A DNA stretch of 64,000 nt from Hydrogenophaga intermedia (GTDB lineage: Bacteria; Pseudomonadota; Alphaproteobacteria; Sphingomonadales; Sphingomonadaceae), in assembly GCA_943370475.1 (NCBI GenBank), contig CALRRI020000027.1:22-64021 (forward strand), in the 5' to 3' direction. Position numbers and translations under genes: made by a program. Below are positions 28,361 through 38,024 of this stretch, in pieces (within the stretch, counting starts at the first letter, position 1; each line of letters begins with the position of its first letter). The notes beneath the pieces were generated by a model. The model was not told where the DNA came from, did not search any database, and saw only the letters and a program-made list of their open reading frames with translations.

Positions 28361-29578
28361 GTGATCAATCGCAACATGCTGGTCCTGGCCTCGATCGTCT
28401 TCATCGACATGGCCGGCATCGGGCTGATCGTTCCGGTGATGCCGTCGCTGATCCAGACGCTGACCGGCGAGGGCATCGATCGCGCCGCGACCTGGGGTGG
28501 CTGGTTGCTGTTCACCTATGCCGCGATGCAATTCCTGTTCGCCCCCGTCATCGGCGGCCTCAGCGACCGGTTCGGCAGGAGGCCGTTGCTGCTGGGCACG
28601 CTCGCGCTGCTGGGCGTCGATTACGCGCTGATGGCCGCTGCGCCCAGTATCACCTGGCTGTTCGTCGGGCGGCTGGTGTCGGGGATCATGGGGGCCAGCT
28701 ATGCCGCCGCCAACAGCTGCATCGCAGACAGCATTCCGCCCGAACGCCGCGGCGCGGCCTTCGGCATGCTGGGCGGCGCAGGCGCGGCAGGCTTTGTGCT
28801 CGGCCCGGCGATCGGCGGGCTGATCGGCCAGTTCGGCGACCGCTTGCCGTTCATCGCTGCGGCTGTCCTGTGCACATTGGGCGTCCTGTTCGGGCTCGCC
28901 AATTTGCAGGAGACGCTCGATCCGGCACGGCGGCGGCGCTTTGATCCGTTCCGTTCCAACCCGTTCAGCACGCTGGCGCGCATGGCGCGCATCCCGCTGG
29001 TCATCGGCTGCCTCGCCGCAATCTTCCTGATGCAGCTCGCCAGCCAGTCCCAGCTTTCGGTCTGGGCCTATTACGGCACGCTCAAGTTCGGCTGGACTCC
29101 CGCGACCACCGGCATGACCGTGGCCTTGTTCGGCAGCCTGCTGGTGCTGACCCAGGGGGTGCTGTCGGGCCGGATGATCGCCCGCTTCGGCCCTGTGCGC
29201 ACCGCCACGGTGAGCCTGGCCTTTGCGGTGCCGTCGTTCCTGACGTTGGCCTTTGCGCCCAGCACGCCGGTGGTCATCCTGGGCATGATCATCGGCTGCG
29301 TGCCGGGCATGTGCTTTCCTGCGATCCAGCAGCTGATGAGCCCGCGGGTTGCCGAGGATGCGCAAGGGGAACTGCAGGGGGCGATCGCCAGCGTGATCAG
29401 CCTGACCGCAATCATCGGTCCGCCGGTGATGACCGGGGTGTTCGCCGCTTATGCCGACGACCGCGGGCTGCTGTTCCCCGGTGCGCCTTTCCTGCTGGCG
29501 GCAGGGCTGATGGCGGGATCAGTCACCGTGCTGGCGCTCACGCTCGCGCGCCATGGCCGGGCGCAGGCGACCGCGTAG
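28361..29578 (+). CDS. MFS transporter, TetA-like drug:H+ antiporter
   Basis: 'GxLSDRFGRRPLLL' motif A and about 12 TM segments. GTG at 28361 is preceded by GGGAGG; an alternative ATG lies at 28376. The track ORF's upstream part overlaps rlmE and was discarded. Confidence 0.85.
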   Translation: MINRNMLVLASIVFIDMAGIGLIVPVMPSLIQTLTGEGIDRAATWGGWLLFTYAAMQFLFAPVIGGLSDRFGRRPLLLGTLALLGVDYALMAAAPSITWLFVGRLVSGIMGASYAAANSCIADSIPPERRGAAFGMLGGAGAAGFVLGPAIGGLIGQFGDRLPFIAAAVLCTLGVLFGLANLQETLDPARRRRFDPFRSNPFSTLARMARIPLVIGCLAAIFLMQLASQSQLSVWAYYGTLKFGWTPATTGMTVALFGSLLVLTQGVLSGRMIARFGPVRTATVSLAFAVPSFLTLAFAPSTPVVILGMIIGCVPGMCFPAIQQLMSPRVAEDAQGELQGAIASVISLTAIIGPPVMTGVFAAYADDRGLLFPGAPFLLAAGLMAGSVTVLALTLARHGRAQATA

Positions 29579-29588
29579 CGCAGACAGC

Positions 29589-29622
29589 AAAGACCCCGCT
29601 CGCGGCTGCGAACGGGGCCTTT
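29589..29622. terminator. bidirectional hairpin between convergent genes
   Basis: AAAGACCCCG ... CGGGGCCTTT (9/10 complementary) with an inner CGC/GCG stem, flanked by T/A runs on both strands. It sits between the MFS stop and the TonB-receptor stop. Confidence 0.4.
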
Positions 29623-29642
29623 GCAATATCAGTCGGCTGCGA

Positions 29643-32423
29643 TCAGAAACGGGTGCGCAGCGTGAGACCGTAGGTGCGCGGCTCGGCGAGGAAGGCCGAG
29701 AAGATCTGGCGGCCACCGGGGAACTGCGTGTCGACGAACGGTGCGGTCGTACCGCCAGCCTGGAACGGGCTGTTGAACGCGACCTGGGTGAAGTCCTCGT
29801 TGAACAGGTTCTGCGCCCACAGCTCGATCGCCCACTTCTGGTCGGGTCCGCGCAGGCCGACACGGGCATTGACCACCACGAAGCTGGGCTGTTCCTTCTG
29901 GGGGAACAGGTCAGATCCGGTGTTGAAGCCCTCGGTCACGCGGGTGTCGACATAGACCAGGCCCGAAAGGCCGCTGTCGCCGATATCCGGGGTCCAGGCC
30001 ATCGAACCGGTGAGCGTCAGCTCAGGCGCGTTCGACAGGTTGTCGCCGGGCAGCTGGCGCAGGGCCGGATCGAGCGCAGCGCCGTTGCGGTTGCCGACCA
30101 GGTTGTTGCGATACTTGGTCTGGGCATAGGTGACACCGCCGTTGACGGTAAAGTTGCGCGCCGGGTTGATCGAGGCTTCGAGCTCGACACCCTGCGCCAC
30201 GACACCATAAGTGACGTCGTCGGGTGCGCAGGCTCCGGTCTGTGCAGCGTTGGCGTTGAAGTTCGCGCCGGCAGCCGACAGGTTCTGGTCACGATCCGCG
30301 CCATTGAGGTTGGTCGAGCAGCCATTGACGGTCTGCACCAGGAACACCGTGCCGTTGAAGGTGTTAAGCTGGAAGTTTTCGAACTGCTGGCGGAACAATG
30401 CCAGGTTGACCGTCAGCGGGCCGCTCGAATATTTCATGCCCAGTTCGAAGGCATCGACGATTTCCTGATCGAACTGCAGGTTGCGCACCAGCGCCTGCGC
30501 GCCGCCCACCGAGGCGAAGGTGGTGGTGGGAACCTGGCCCAGCGGCGCGACGATCGGGCCCTTGAGCGCCGAACGGTCGAGGTTGAAGCCGCCCGCCTTG
30601 TAGCCGCGCGAGGCGCTGCCGTAGAGCAGCAGATCGTCGGTGACCTTCCACGACAGCACCGCAGTACCGGTGAACTCGTTCTCGCTGCGGCGATCGTTGA
30701 TCGACACGCCGTTGAGTTCGGCGGTCGAGTTGCCCTGGCACGACAGGCCGATGATGCCGCCTGCCACGCCCGCCAGCGCCGGGTTGGTCAGGAAGCCGGT
30801 CAGCGCTGCCTGGTTCTGGACGCAGGCGGCGTTGTCGTTGCTGAACGTCGCGTTGAAGCGCTTGCGCTCGTTGGTGTAGCGCAGGCCCAGGGTCAGATCG
30901 AGCCGATCGGTGATGTGCACGATGTTATGCGTGAAGAACGCATAGTTGCGGCTGTTCTGGAAATAGCGATCGCTGATCGAGCCGCGATCGTTGATGCTGT
31001 CGAGCCGGTCGAGCGCGCTGAAGATGATCGGCGAGGCTGCGCCGAACAATGCGGGGCGGGCATTCACGCAACCGGCCGAGGTCGGCGAGTACAGACCGGC
31101 CAGACCACCGCCAGAAATCAGGCGGCAGGTGGCGAAGCGGCCATACTGGTTGCCGAAGCGCAGGTTGTCGCGAACGGTGAGGTCTTCGTCGGCATAATAG
31201 GCACCGACCAGCCAGTCGAGCTTGCCGTCGAATGCCTCGCCCTGCAGGCGAAGCTCCTGGGTGAAGGTCTTGAACTGGCGGAACTGCGCGTCCTCGTCAT
31301 CGCCGCGGTAGAGGATATCGACCGCGCTGTAGTCGATGTCGCCTGCCTGGCTGTTCTTGTACTCGCGATAGCCGGTGATCGAGGTCAGCGATGCGCCGCC
31401 CATGTCCCAGTTCACTTCGAGCGAGACGCCGCCGTCCTTGGTGCTGCCGTTATAGTTGCGACCGCGAGTCACATTGGCCTGGCGGTTGAACGGGTTGTTG
31501 AACGAGTTGATCGGCTGGCCCAGATCGCGCAGCACGTTGATGATGTTGTTGCCATTGGCCTGGAGCGGCGTCAGCGGCGTCGACGGGTTGTTGAGATCGC
31601 CGATCAGCGGATTGAAATCACGGCCCAGATACACCGCGCCGCAGCAGCGTTCGTCACGGTTGGTATAGTCGGCGATGAAGCGGAACGACACGTCGTCGGT
31701 CGGCTCCCACAGCAGCTGGCCCTTGACGAAATAGCGGTTGCGGTTGTTCAGATCGATATCGTTGGTGACGTCCTGCAGAAAGCCGTCGCGCTTTTCGAAC
31801 ACGCCGTCGATGCGCGCTGCCAGGGTCTGCGTGATCGGTCCGGTCAGGCCGCCCTGCAGGCGGATATTGTCGAAATTGCCATAGGTCGCTTCGCCGAAGC
31901 CGCCGAATTCGAATTCGGGCTTCTTCGAGTAGATCGAGATGATGCCGGCAGATGCGTTGCGGCCGAACAGCGTGCCCTGCGGACCGCGCAGAACCTCGAC
32001 TCGCTCGATTTCACCCAGTTCGTTGAGACCGATGCCCGAGCGCGAACGGTAGACGCCGTCGATGAACACCGCGACCGAGCTTTCGAGACCCGGATTGTCC
32101 CCCACGGTGCCGATGCCGCGAATACGCGCCGAACCGTTGGCTTCGTTGCCGGTCGATGACACGAGCAGCGAGGGTACGACCTGGTTGAGCTGGCGGATGT
32201 CGTTGGCACCGGTGTTTTCCAGCGCCTCGGCGTTGACCGCCGAAACGGCGACCGGAACATCGGAGAGCAATTGCTCGCGGCCCTGCGCCACGACGACGAT
32301 GGTGTTGCTGTCGTTGATGCCGTCTTCACGGGCTTCCTGCGCGAGCGCGGGGCTGGCCATGGCGACGAGGCCGGCGGAAAGCATGAGGGACACACGGCTG
32401 GTGTTGCCGAAACGCTTGGGCAT
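29643..32423 (-). CDS. TonB-dependent receptor
   Basis: Signal peptide 'SLMLSAGLVAMASPALAQEA', plug region 'IVVVAQGREQLLSDVPVAVSAV', and C-terminal 'YGLTLRTRF'. The ATG at 32423 is preceded by AGGAGAG. Confidence 0.9.
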   Translation of the reverse strand: MPKRFGNTSRVSLMLSAGLVAMASPALAQEAREDGINDSNTIVVVAQGREQLLSDVPVAVSAVNAEALENTGANDIRQLNQVVPSLLVSSTGNEANGSARIRGIGTVGDNPGLESSVAVFIDGVYRSRSGIGLNELGEIERVEVLRGPQGTLFGRNASAGIISIYSKKPEFEFGGFGEATYGNFDNIRLQGGLTGPITQTLAARIDGVFEKRDGFLQDVTNDIDLNNRNRYFVKGQLLWEPTDDVSFRFIADYTNRDERCCGAVYLGRDFNPLIGDLNNPSTPLTPLQANGNNIINVLRDLGQPINSFNNPFNRQANVTRGRNYNGSTKDGGVSLEVNWDMGGASLTSITGYREYKNSQAGDIDYSAVDILYRGDDEDAQFRQFKTFTQELRLQGEAFDGKLDWLVGAYYADEDLTVRDNLRFGNQYGRFATCRLISGGGLAGLYSPTSAGCVNARPALFGAASPIIFSALDRLDSINDRGSISDRYFQNSRNYAFFTHNIVHITDRLDLTLGLRYTNERKRFNATFSNDNAACVQNQAALTGFLTNPALAGVAGGIIGLSCQGNSTAELNGVSINDRRSENEFTGTAVLSWKVTDDLLLYGSASRGYKAGGFNLDRSALKGPIVAPLGQVPTTTFASVGGAQALVRNLQFDQEIVDAFELGMKYSSGPLTVNLALFRQQFENFQLNTFNGTVFLVQTVNGCSTNLNGADRDQNLSAAGANFNANAAQTGACAPDDVTYGVVAQGVELEASINPARNFTVNGGVTYAQTKYRNNLVGNRNGAALDPALRQLPGDNLSNAPELTLTGSMAWTPDIGDSGLSGLVYVDTRVTEGFNTGSDLFPQKEQPSFVVVNARVGLRGPDQKWAIELWAQNLFNEDFTQVAFNSPFQAGGTTAPFVDTQFPGGRQIFSAFLAEPRTYGLTLRTRF

Positions 32424-32468
32424 ATCTCTCTCCTGGTTGCAATTTCGCGTGACGGTCATTTTGCCGCC

Positions 32469-32484
32469 TTGACGTGAACGTTAG
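32469..32484. promoter_or_regulatory. candidate operator TTGACGTGAACGTTAG (second copy of the 20543 motif)
   Basis: 13/16 identical to TTGACGTTTACGTTAA at 20543-20558. It lies 46-61 nt upstream of the TonB-dependent receptor start codon. Confidence 0.35.
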
Positions 32485-32577
32485 ACCAAAAGCTGCAGGA
32501 TTCCAGCGTTTGCGCGGGGTTCCCACAAAAATGCAGGCGATTGTCGCAAAAACGCAACACCGGTTATGCAATCGGTG

Positions 32578-33258
32578 TCAGGCTCGCAAATCTGCGGTTT
32601 TCTGCAGGTTGAAGGCGAGCGCCCTGCTTTCCGTAGCGACAAGGGCCTCCGGCCCTGCGCCCATAACCCCGATAATCGCCGGATCATCGGCATCAAGCCC
32701 GCCGGTCAGCGATCCGAAAGCGGGCAGGATCAACCGGTCCCGGCAGCGCACGAAGCACGGCCGCGAAACGCTGCGACCGCGCAGACGGACCCTGAGCCGC
32801 GGGTGAAAATGGCCCGAAAGCTCGGGCACGCTGGCGTGCGATTCGGCCCGGTGGCGCAACGCCAGCCCGCCCAGCGCCGCCTCTTCGGCCACCTGCCCGC
32901 CAAAGCCCCGCTCGAGCGCGCTGTCGTGATTTCCGGTGATCCAGTGGACCGTGACACGCGCAGCCAGCGCTTCCAGCCGCGCCGCGAGCGCGGGGTCGAG
33001 GCGGGCGGCACCATCGCTGTCGTGGAAATTGTCGCCCAGGCACCACAGGCTGCTGGCCCCGGACGCCTCGAGCGCGCGTTCCAGCCGGTCGAGCGTGGCG
33101 GCACTGTCATAGGGCGGCAGCATCTGCCCGCTGCGCGCATACCAGCTGGCCTTTTCGAAATGCAGGTCGGCAACGAACAGCGCCCCCTCACCCGGCCAGT
33201 AAAGCGCCGCGCGATCGACGATAACAAAATCCTGTCCGGCGAACGAAAGGGGAACCAT
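32578..33258 (-). CDS. pdeM: ligase-associated DNA damage response endonuclease PdeM (metallophosphoesterase)
   Basis: 'ALYWPGEGALFVADLHFEKASWYARSGQMLPPYD...LGDNFHD...GNHD' matches PdeM. The start is either ATG at 33258 or ATG at 33309. Confidence 0.8.
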   Translation of the reverse strand: MVPLSFAGQDFVIVDRAALYWPGEGALFVADLHFEKASWYARSGQMLPPYDSAATLDRLERALEASGASSLWCLGDNFHDSDGAARLDPALAARLEALAARVTVHWITGNHDSALERGFGGQVAEEAALGGLALRHRAESHASVPELSGHFHPRLRVRLRGRSVSRPCFVRCRDRLILPAFGSLTGGLDADDPAIIGVMGAGPEALVATESRALAFNLQKTADLRA

Positions 33259-33338
33259 GGGCCTGCCATGCCGCAGTCGGGCGGGCGGCGCAAGCCTGAG
33301 CATTGGCATCGGGCGGCGGTGTGGATTATGGGCGGGGC

Positions 33339-34190
33339 ATGACCCAATCTCCCGACTATCCGATTACCGTGGCGGCGCTCTATCATTTCGCGCGGATCGA
33401 AGACCCTGCCGCCGTCCGCGCGCCCATCGAAGCCTTGTGCGCGCAGCACGCCCTGTGCGGCACGCTGCTGCTGGCGCACGAGGGCGTCAATGGCACCATT
33501 GCCGGATCCGCAGCCGGCGTTGCCGCAGCGATCGACCACATCCGCAGCCTTCCCGGCTTTGCGGACATGGAGGTCAAATATTCCGGCGCTCTTTCCGCGC
33601 CCTTCCGCCGGATGAAGGTGCGGCTGAAGCGCGAGATCGTGACGATGGGCGTGCCCGATATCGATCCGGTCCACGGCCAGGGGGCCTATGTCGACCCGGT
33701 CGACTGGAACGCGCTGATCAGTGATCCCGACACCGTGGTGATCGATACGCGCAACCGCTTCGAGGTCGAACAGGGCAGCTTTGCCCATGCAATCGATCCC
33801 GGCACCGAACGGTTCAGCGAGTTTCCCGCCTGGTTCGATGCCGAGGCCGAGGCCTTGCGCGCAGCGGGCAAGAAGATCGCGATGTTCTGCACCGGCGGCA
33901 TCCGCTGCGAGAAAGCCACCGCCTATGTCCGCGCCAAGGGCTTCGACGAGGTCTACCACCTCAAGGGCGGCATCCTGAAATATCTCGAGGACATACCGCA
34001 GGACGAATCGCTGTTTTCCGGCGGCTGCTTCGTGTTCGACGAGCGCGTGGCGCTGGGCCAGGGCCTCGCCGTGCTGGGCGACCCGGTGGCGCCCGAAATG
34101 GTCGACCGCCAGCGCAAGCCGCGCAAGCGGGGCTTAGCGGCTCGCGCTGGTGCGGAAGGTGCTGCGGACGAGGCGACCGACCAGGCCTGA
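33339..34190 (+). CDS. trhO: rhodanese-related sulfurtransferase / tRNA U34 hydroxylase (UPF0176, YceA-like)
   Basis: 'VAALYHF...' at the N-terminus and the rhodanese active-site loop 'FCTGGIRCEKA'. Confidence 0.85.
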   Translation: MTQSPDYPITVAALYHFARIEDPAAVRAPIEALCAQHALCGTLLLAHEGVNGTIAGSAAGVAAAIDHIRSLPGFADMEVKYSGALSAPFRRMKVRLKREIVTMGVPDIDPVHGQGAYVDPVDWNALISDPDTVVIDTRNRFEVEQGSFAHAIDPGTERFSEFPAWFDAEAEALRAAGKKIAMFCTGGIRCEKATAYVRAKGFDEVYHLKGGILKYLEDIPQDESLFSGGCFVFDERVALGQGLAVLGDPVAPEMVDRQRKPRKRGLAARAGAEGAADEATDQA

Positions 34191-35243
34191 CAGGCTGCGA
34201 TAGTTCGCCAGCGCATAGGTCGACGTACCGGTGAGTTCGCGCGACAGCCGACGGTGTGCCTCGGGCAGCGCATGATACGGCACGCCAGGCAGCAGATGGT
34301 GCAGCGCGTGATAGCGCAGGCCCACCGGCGCCCACAGTTCGGGAAGCAGCCCGGGCGGCGGCACGTTGACGCTGTCGAGATATTGCGCGGTGACGCTCAT
34401 CGTCTGCTCTTCATTCTCCCACAGATGCGCGACCAGCGTGCGCACCTGGTTGAGCACCATCGTGCCCGATGCAACCGCCAGGCCGATCAGGAAGGCGCGC
34501 AGCGGCAGGGTTCCGGTGGCGACCAGCGCAATCAGGCTCATCGCCCAGGCGCTTGCCAGCACTTCGAGCACCAGCCAGTGGCGGCGCGCCGGGCCTTCGG
34601 GCATCACCCGGCGGAAGGCGGGGTTGATCACCAGCCCCGAATAGCGTTCGACCACGATCCTGCGCAGCGGCGGGATCAGCGCCGACAGCGGCGAGAGCAC
34701 GCCATAGCGGATGATCAGCCCGACCGGGCCGAGCGCGGCCACCGCGACGAACAGCGGAACGGTCCACGGCTTCATCAGCGCAAGCGGCAGATATTCGGGA
34801 TCCTTGGCAGTACCATAGCGGGTCCGCTGATGGTGCAGGTTGTGCACCCCTTCGTACATGAAGCTGGGGATCAGCAGCGGAATGCCGACAAAGGCGTTCC
34901 ACCCGGCGTTGAAACCGGGGACGGCATCGGGCCGCAGATGGGTGAGTTCGTGGATGAAGCTGCCCGCGCGATAGAGCGCCAGCACCGCGACCAGACCGCA
35001 CGCCAGCGCAAGCGCCAGGCCATCGGCCAGCACCGCACCCACCAAAGCGCCATAGCCGATCGCGACCGAAGCCAGCATGTCGGCCCAGTAGATTGCCGGC
35101 CGTGCCGCGTTGAGATCGCGCGTCAGCGACGCCGCAGCGCGGATCATCGCCATGTCGTCGGGCACCTGTCCGACGACGCGCGCATGGGCCTGACCCTGAG
35201 CAGCGGTGCCGTCAGGATCGGCGAGGGGGAAAGTGCTAGCCAT
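34134..35243 (-). CDS. membrane fatty-acid desaturase
   Basis: Three His boxes ('HELTH', 'HNLHH', 'HALHH') and several TM helices. Confidence 0.85.
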   Translation of the reverse strand: MASTFPLADPDGTAAQGQAHARVVGQVPDDMAMIRAAASLTRDLNAARPAIYWADMLASVAIGYGALVGAVLADGLALALACGLVAVLALYRAGSFIHELTHLRPDAVPGFNAGWNAFVGIPLLIPSFMYEGVHNLHHQRTRYGTAKDPEYLPLALMKPWTVPLFVAVAALGPVGLIIRYGVLSPLSALIPPLRRIVVERYSGLVINPAFRRVMPEGPARRHWLVLEVLASAWAMSLIALVATGTLPLRAFLIGLAVASGTMVLNQVRTLVAHLWENEEQTMSVTAQYLDSVNVPPPGLLPELWAPVGLRYHALHHLLPGVPYHALPEAHRRLSRELTGTSTYALANYRSLSGLVGRLVRSTFRTSASR

Positions 35244-35390
35244 AAAAATCCTATACTGGTGTCATGCTTAAGCCAGAGCAACGTGGCAGCAACATGGCAA
35301 CATCTGGCCCGCAATTCCTTGACACAGATCATCGCACAGCGACAAAAGGCGCGCCGTTCCACGGCGGGCTGACAGGCGAAGGAAACAGTT

Positions 35391-36551
35391 TTGGCGGACC
35401 AGCAACAGATAAGCGTCACCCCCGTCCACGACAAGGCGGGGCTCAAGGCGTTCATCGAAATTGCCTATGAGCTGAATGCGCACGACCCCCATTGGGTCGC
35501 GCCGCTGCGCTCCGAAGTGCGCGAGATGTTCAATCCGGCCAAGAACCCGTTCTACGGCCACGCCACCGTCCAGCCGATGGTCGCCAGGCGCGGCGGCAAG
35601 GTGGTCGGCCGCATTTCGGCGCATATCGATCACCTCGCGCTGACTCAGCCGGTCAGCCAGGGAATGGGGCCGGGCACCGGCAATTTCGGCATGTTCGAAG
35701 CGGCGGACGAACAGGTCGCCACTGCGCTGCTGGCAGCGGCCGAGCAATGGCTGCGCGATCAGGGCATGAACCGCGCGCTGGGTCCGCTCAGCCTGTCGAT
35801 CTGGGACGAGCCGGGGCTGCTCACAGCCGGGTTTGATTCGCCGCCGATGGTGATGATGGGCCACCACAACCGCGCCTATCGCGGCTGGATCGAGGGGGAG
35901 GGCTATACGGTCGCCAAGAAGCTGCTGACCTACGAACTGCCGATCGTCGAGGGATTTTCGCCGCTGATCCAGCGGATCGTCGCCACCGGCCACCGCAACG
36001 AGCGCATCCGCATCCGCAAGGTCGACAAGAGCCGCTTCGACGAGGAATCGGCGATCATCCTGGAAATCCTCAACGAAGCCTGGGGCAACAACTGGGGCTT
36101 CGTGCCGATCACCGATGCGGAGATTGCCTATATCGGCAAGAAGCTGCGCCCGCTGGTGCGCGAGGACCTGATCATGATCGCCGAATATGACGGCCGTCCG
36201 GTCGCGTTCCTGATGACTTTGCCCGACATCAACGCGGTCATCGCCCCGCTCAAGGGATCGCTGCTGCCGTTCGGCTGGGCCAAGCTGTTGTGGTGGCTGC
36301 GCGACACCCGCTCGCCCAGCGTGCGCGTGCCGCTGATGGGGGTGCGCACCGAGCTGCAGAATTCGCGGCTGGCCGCGCAGATGGCGTTCATGATGATCGA
36401 GGCGGTGCGGATCCAGGTCGTGGGCCGCTATGGCGGGGTGCGCGGCGAGCTGGGCTGGGTGCTCGACGACAACCAGGGCATGGTCGCCATCGCCGATGCC
36501 ATCAACAGCAAGGTGAACCGGGAATATCTGATCTACGAAAAGGCGTTGTGA
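35391..36551 (+). CDS. conserved protein, GNAT-like acyltransferase fold (function unknown)
   Basis: 386-aa ORF with good coding character, a TTG start and AAGGAAA upstream. It resembles proteins I recall as annotated GNAT-family N-acetyltransferases. No catalytic motif was verified. Confidence 0.65.
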   Translation: MADQQQISVTPVHDKAGLKAFIEIAYELNAHDPHWVAPLRSEVREMFNPAKNPFYGHATVQPMVARRGGKVVGRISAHIDHLALTQPVSQGMGPGTGNFGMFEAADEQVATALLAAAEQWLRDQGMNRALGPLSLSIWDEPGLLTAGFDSPPMVMMGHHNRAYRGWIEGEGYTVAKKLLTYELPIVEGFSPLIQRIVATGHRNERIRIRKVDKSRFDEESAIILEILNEAWGNNWGFVPITDAEIAYIGKKLRPLVREDLIMIAEYDGRPVAFLMTLPDINAVIAPLKGSLLPFGWAKLLWWLRDTRSPSVRVPLMGVRTELQNSRLAAQMAFMMIEAVRIQVVGRYGGVRGELGWVLDDNQGMVAIADAINSKVNREYLIYEKAL

Positions 36552-36697
36552 CCGCAGGTCCGGGGCTGCGAGGCACCGTTCAGATCATTGCAACATTCTG
36601 CCGCTATCAGCCCCTGTCATCATCCGGCCGTTGAAGATTTGACGCCCCTGCTGGCGCCAACTAGACGAGGCACAGTCGCTCTGGAGCTTTTCCTGAC

Positions 36698-37999
36698 ATG
36701 AAGATTGCAATGATTGGTTCGGGCTATGTCGGCCTGGTATCGGGCGCATGCTTTGCCGATTTCGGCCATGACGTGGTGTGCGTCGACAAGGATCCGGCCA
36801 AGATCGAATCGCTGCTGGCCGGGATCATGCCGATCTACGAGCCGGGGCTGGAATCTCTGGTCGCCAAGAATGTGCGCGCCGGGCACCTGTCGTTTTCCAC
36901 CGATCTGCCGTCGAGCGTGGCCGATGCCGATGCGATCTTCATCGCGGTGGGCACGCCCTCGCGGCGTGGTGATGGCTTTGCCGACCTGAGCTATGTCCGC
37001 GATGCCGCGCGCGAAATCGGCGAATCGATCGCCAAGCGCTGCGTCATCGTCACCAAGTCGACTGTGCCGGTGGGCACCGGCGACGAGGTCGAGAAGATCA
37101 TTCGTCAGACCGCGCCCGATGCGGATTTCGAGGTCGTCTCCAACCCCGAATTCCTGCGCGAAGGGGCCGCGATCGGCGATTTCAAGCGTCCCGACCGCAT
37201 CGTCGTCGGCACCGAGGTCGAATGGGCACGCGATTATATGCGCGAGATCTACCAGCCGCTCTATCTCAACGAATCGCCGATCCTGTTCACCTCCCGGCGG
37301 ACGTCCGAAGTGATCAAATACGCCGCCAACGCGTTTCTTGCGACCAAGATCACCTTCATCAACGAGATGGCCGATCTGTGCGAGAAGGTGGACGCCAACA
37401 TCCAGGACGTCTCGCGCGGAATCGGGCTGGATGGCCGCATCGGCGCGAAATTCCTCCACGCCGGTCCCGGCTATGGCGGCAGCTGCTTCCCCAAGGACAC
37501 GCTGGCGCTGATGAAGACCGCGCAGGACCATGAAGCCCCGCTGCAGATCGTCGAGGCGGTGGTGCGCGTCAACGACCTGCGCAAGCGCGCGATGGCGCGC
37601 AAGGTGATTGCAGCGATGGGCGGCGAGGTCGAAGGCAAGCGCATCGCGATGCTGGGCCTGACCTTCAAGCCGAACACCGACGACATGCGCGATGCCCCCG
37701 CGATCGTGATCGCGCAGGGGCTGATCGACGCCGGTGCCGAGGTTATCGCTTATGATCCCGAGGGCATGGAAGCGGCAACGTCGCTGATGCCGGGCGTGAC
37801 CATGGCATCGGGCACCTATCAGGCGCTCGAGGCTGCCGATGGTGCGGTGATCGTCACCGAATGGGACGTGTTCCGCGCGCTCGATCTGCCGCGCGTGCTC
37901 AAGACGATGAACGGCAACACGCTGGTAGACCTGCGCAACATCTACAAGCCCGAGCAGATGAAGGCCGCGGGCTTCCATTATGTCAGCGTCGGCCGCTGA
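36698..37999 (+). CDS. ugd: UDP-glucose 6-dehydrogenase
   Basis: 'MKIAMIGSGYVGLVSGACFA...' and 'GPGYGGSCFPKD' (catalytic Cys). Confidence 0.95.
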   Translation: MKIAMIGSGYVGLVSGACFADFGHDVVCVDKDPAKIESLLAGIMPIYEPGLESLVAKNVRAGHLSFSTDLPSSVADADAIFIAVGTPSRRGDGFADLSYVRDAAREIGESIAKRCVIVTKSTVPVGTGDEVEKIIRQTAPDADFEVVSNPEFLREGAAIGDFKRPDRIVVGTEVEWARDYMREIYQPLYLNESPILFTSRRTSEVIKYAANAFLATKITFINEMADLCEKVDANIQDVSRGIGLDGRIGAKFLHAGPGYGGSCFPKDTLALMKTAQDHEAPLQIVEAVVRVNDLRKRAMARKVIAAMGGEVEGKRIAMLGLTFKPNTDDMRDAPAIVIAQGLIDAGAEVIAYDPEGMEAATSLMPGVTMASGTYQALEAADGAVIVTEWDVFRALDLPRVLKTMNGNTLVDLRNIYKPEQMKAAGFHYVSVGR

Positions 38000-38024
38000 C
38001 CGGCTGAACGGGGGGCGAGAGAAA

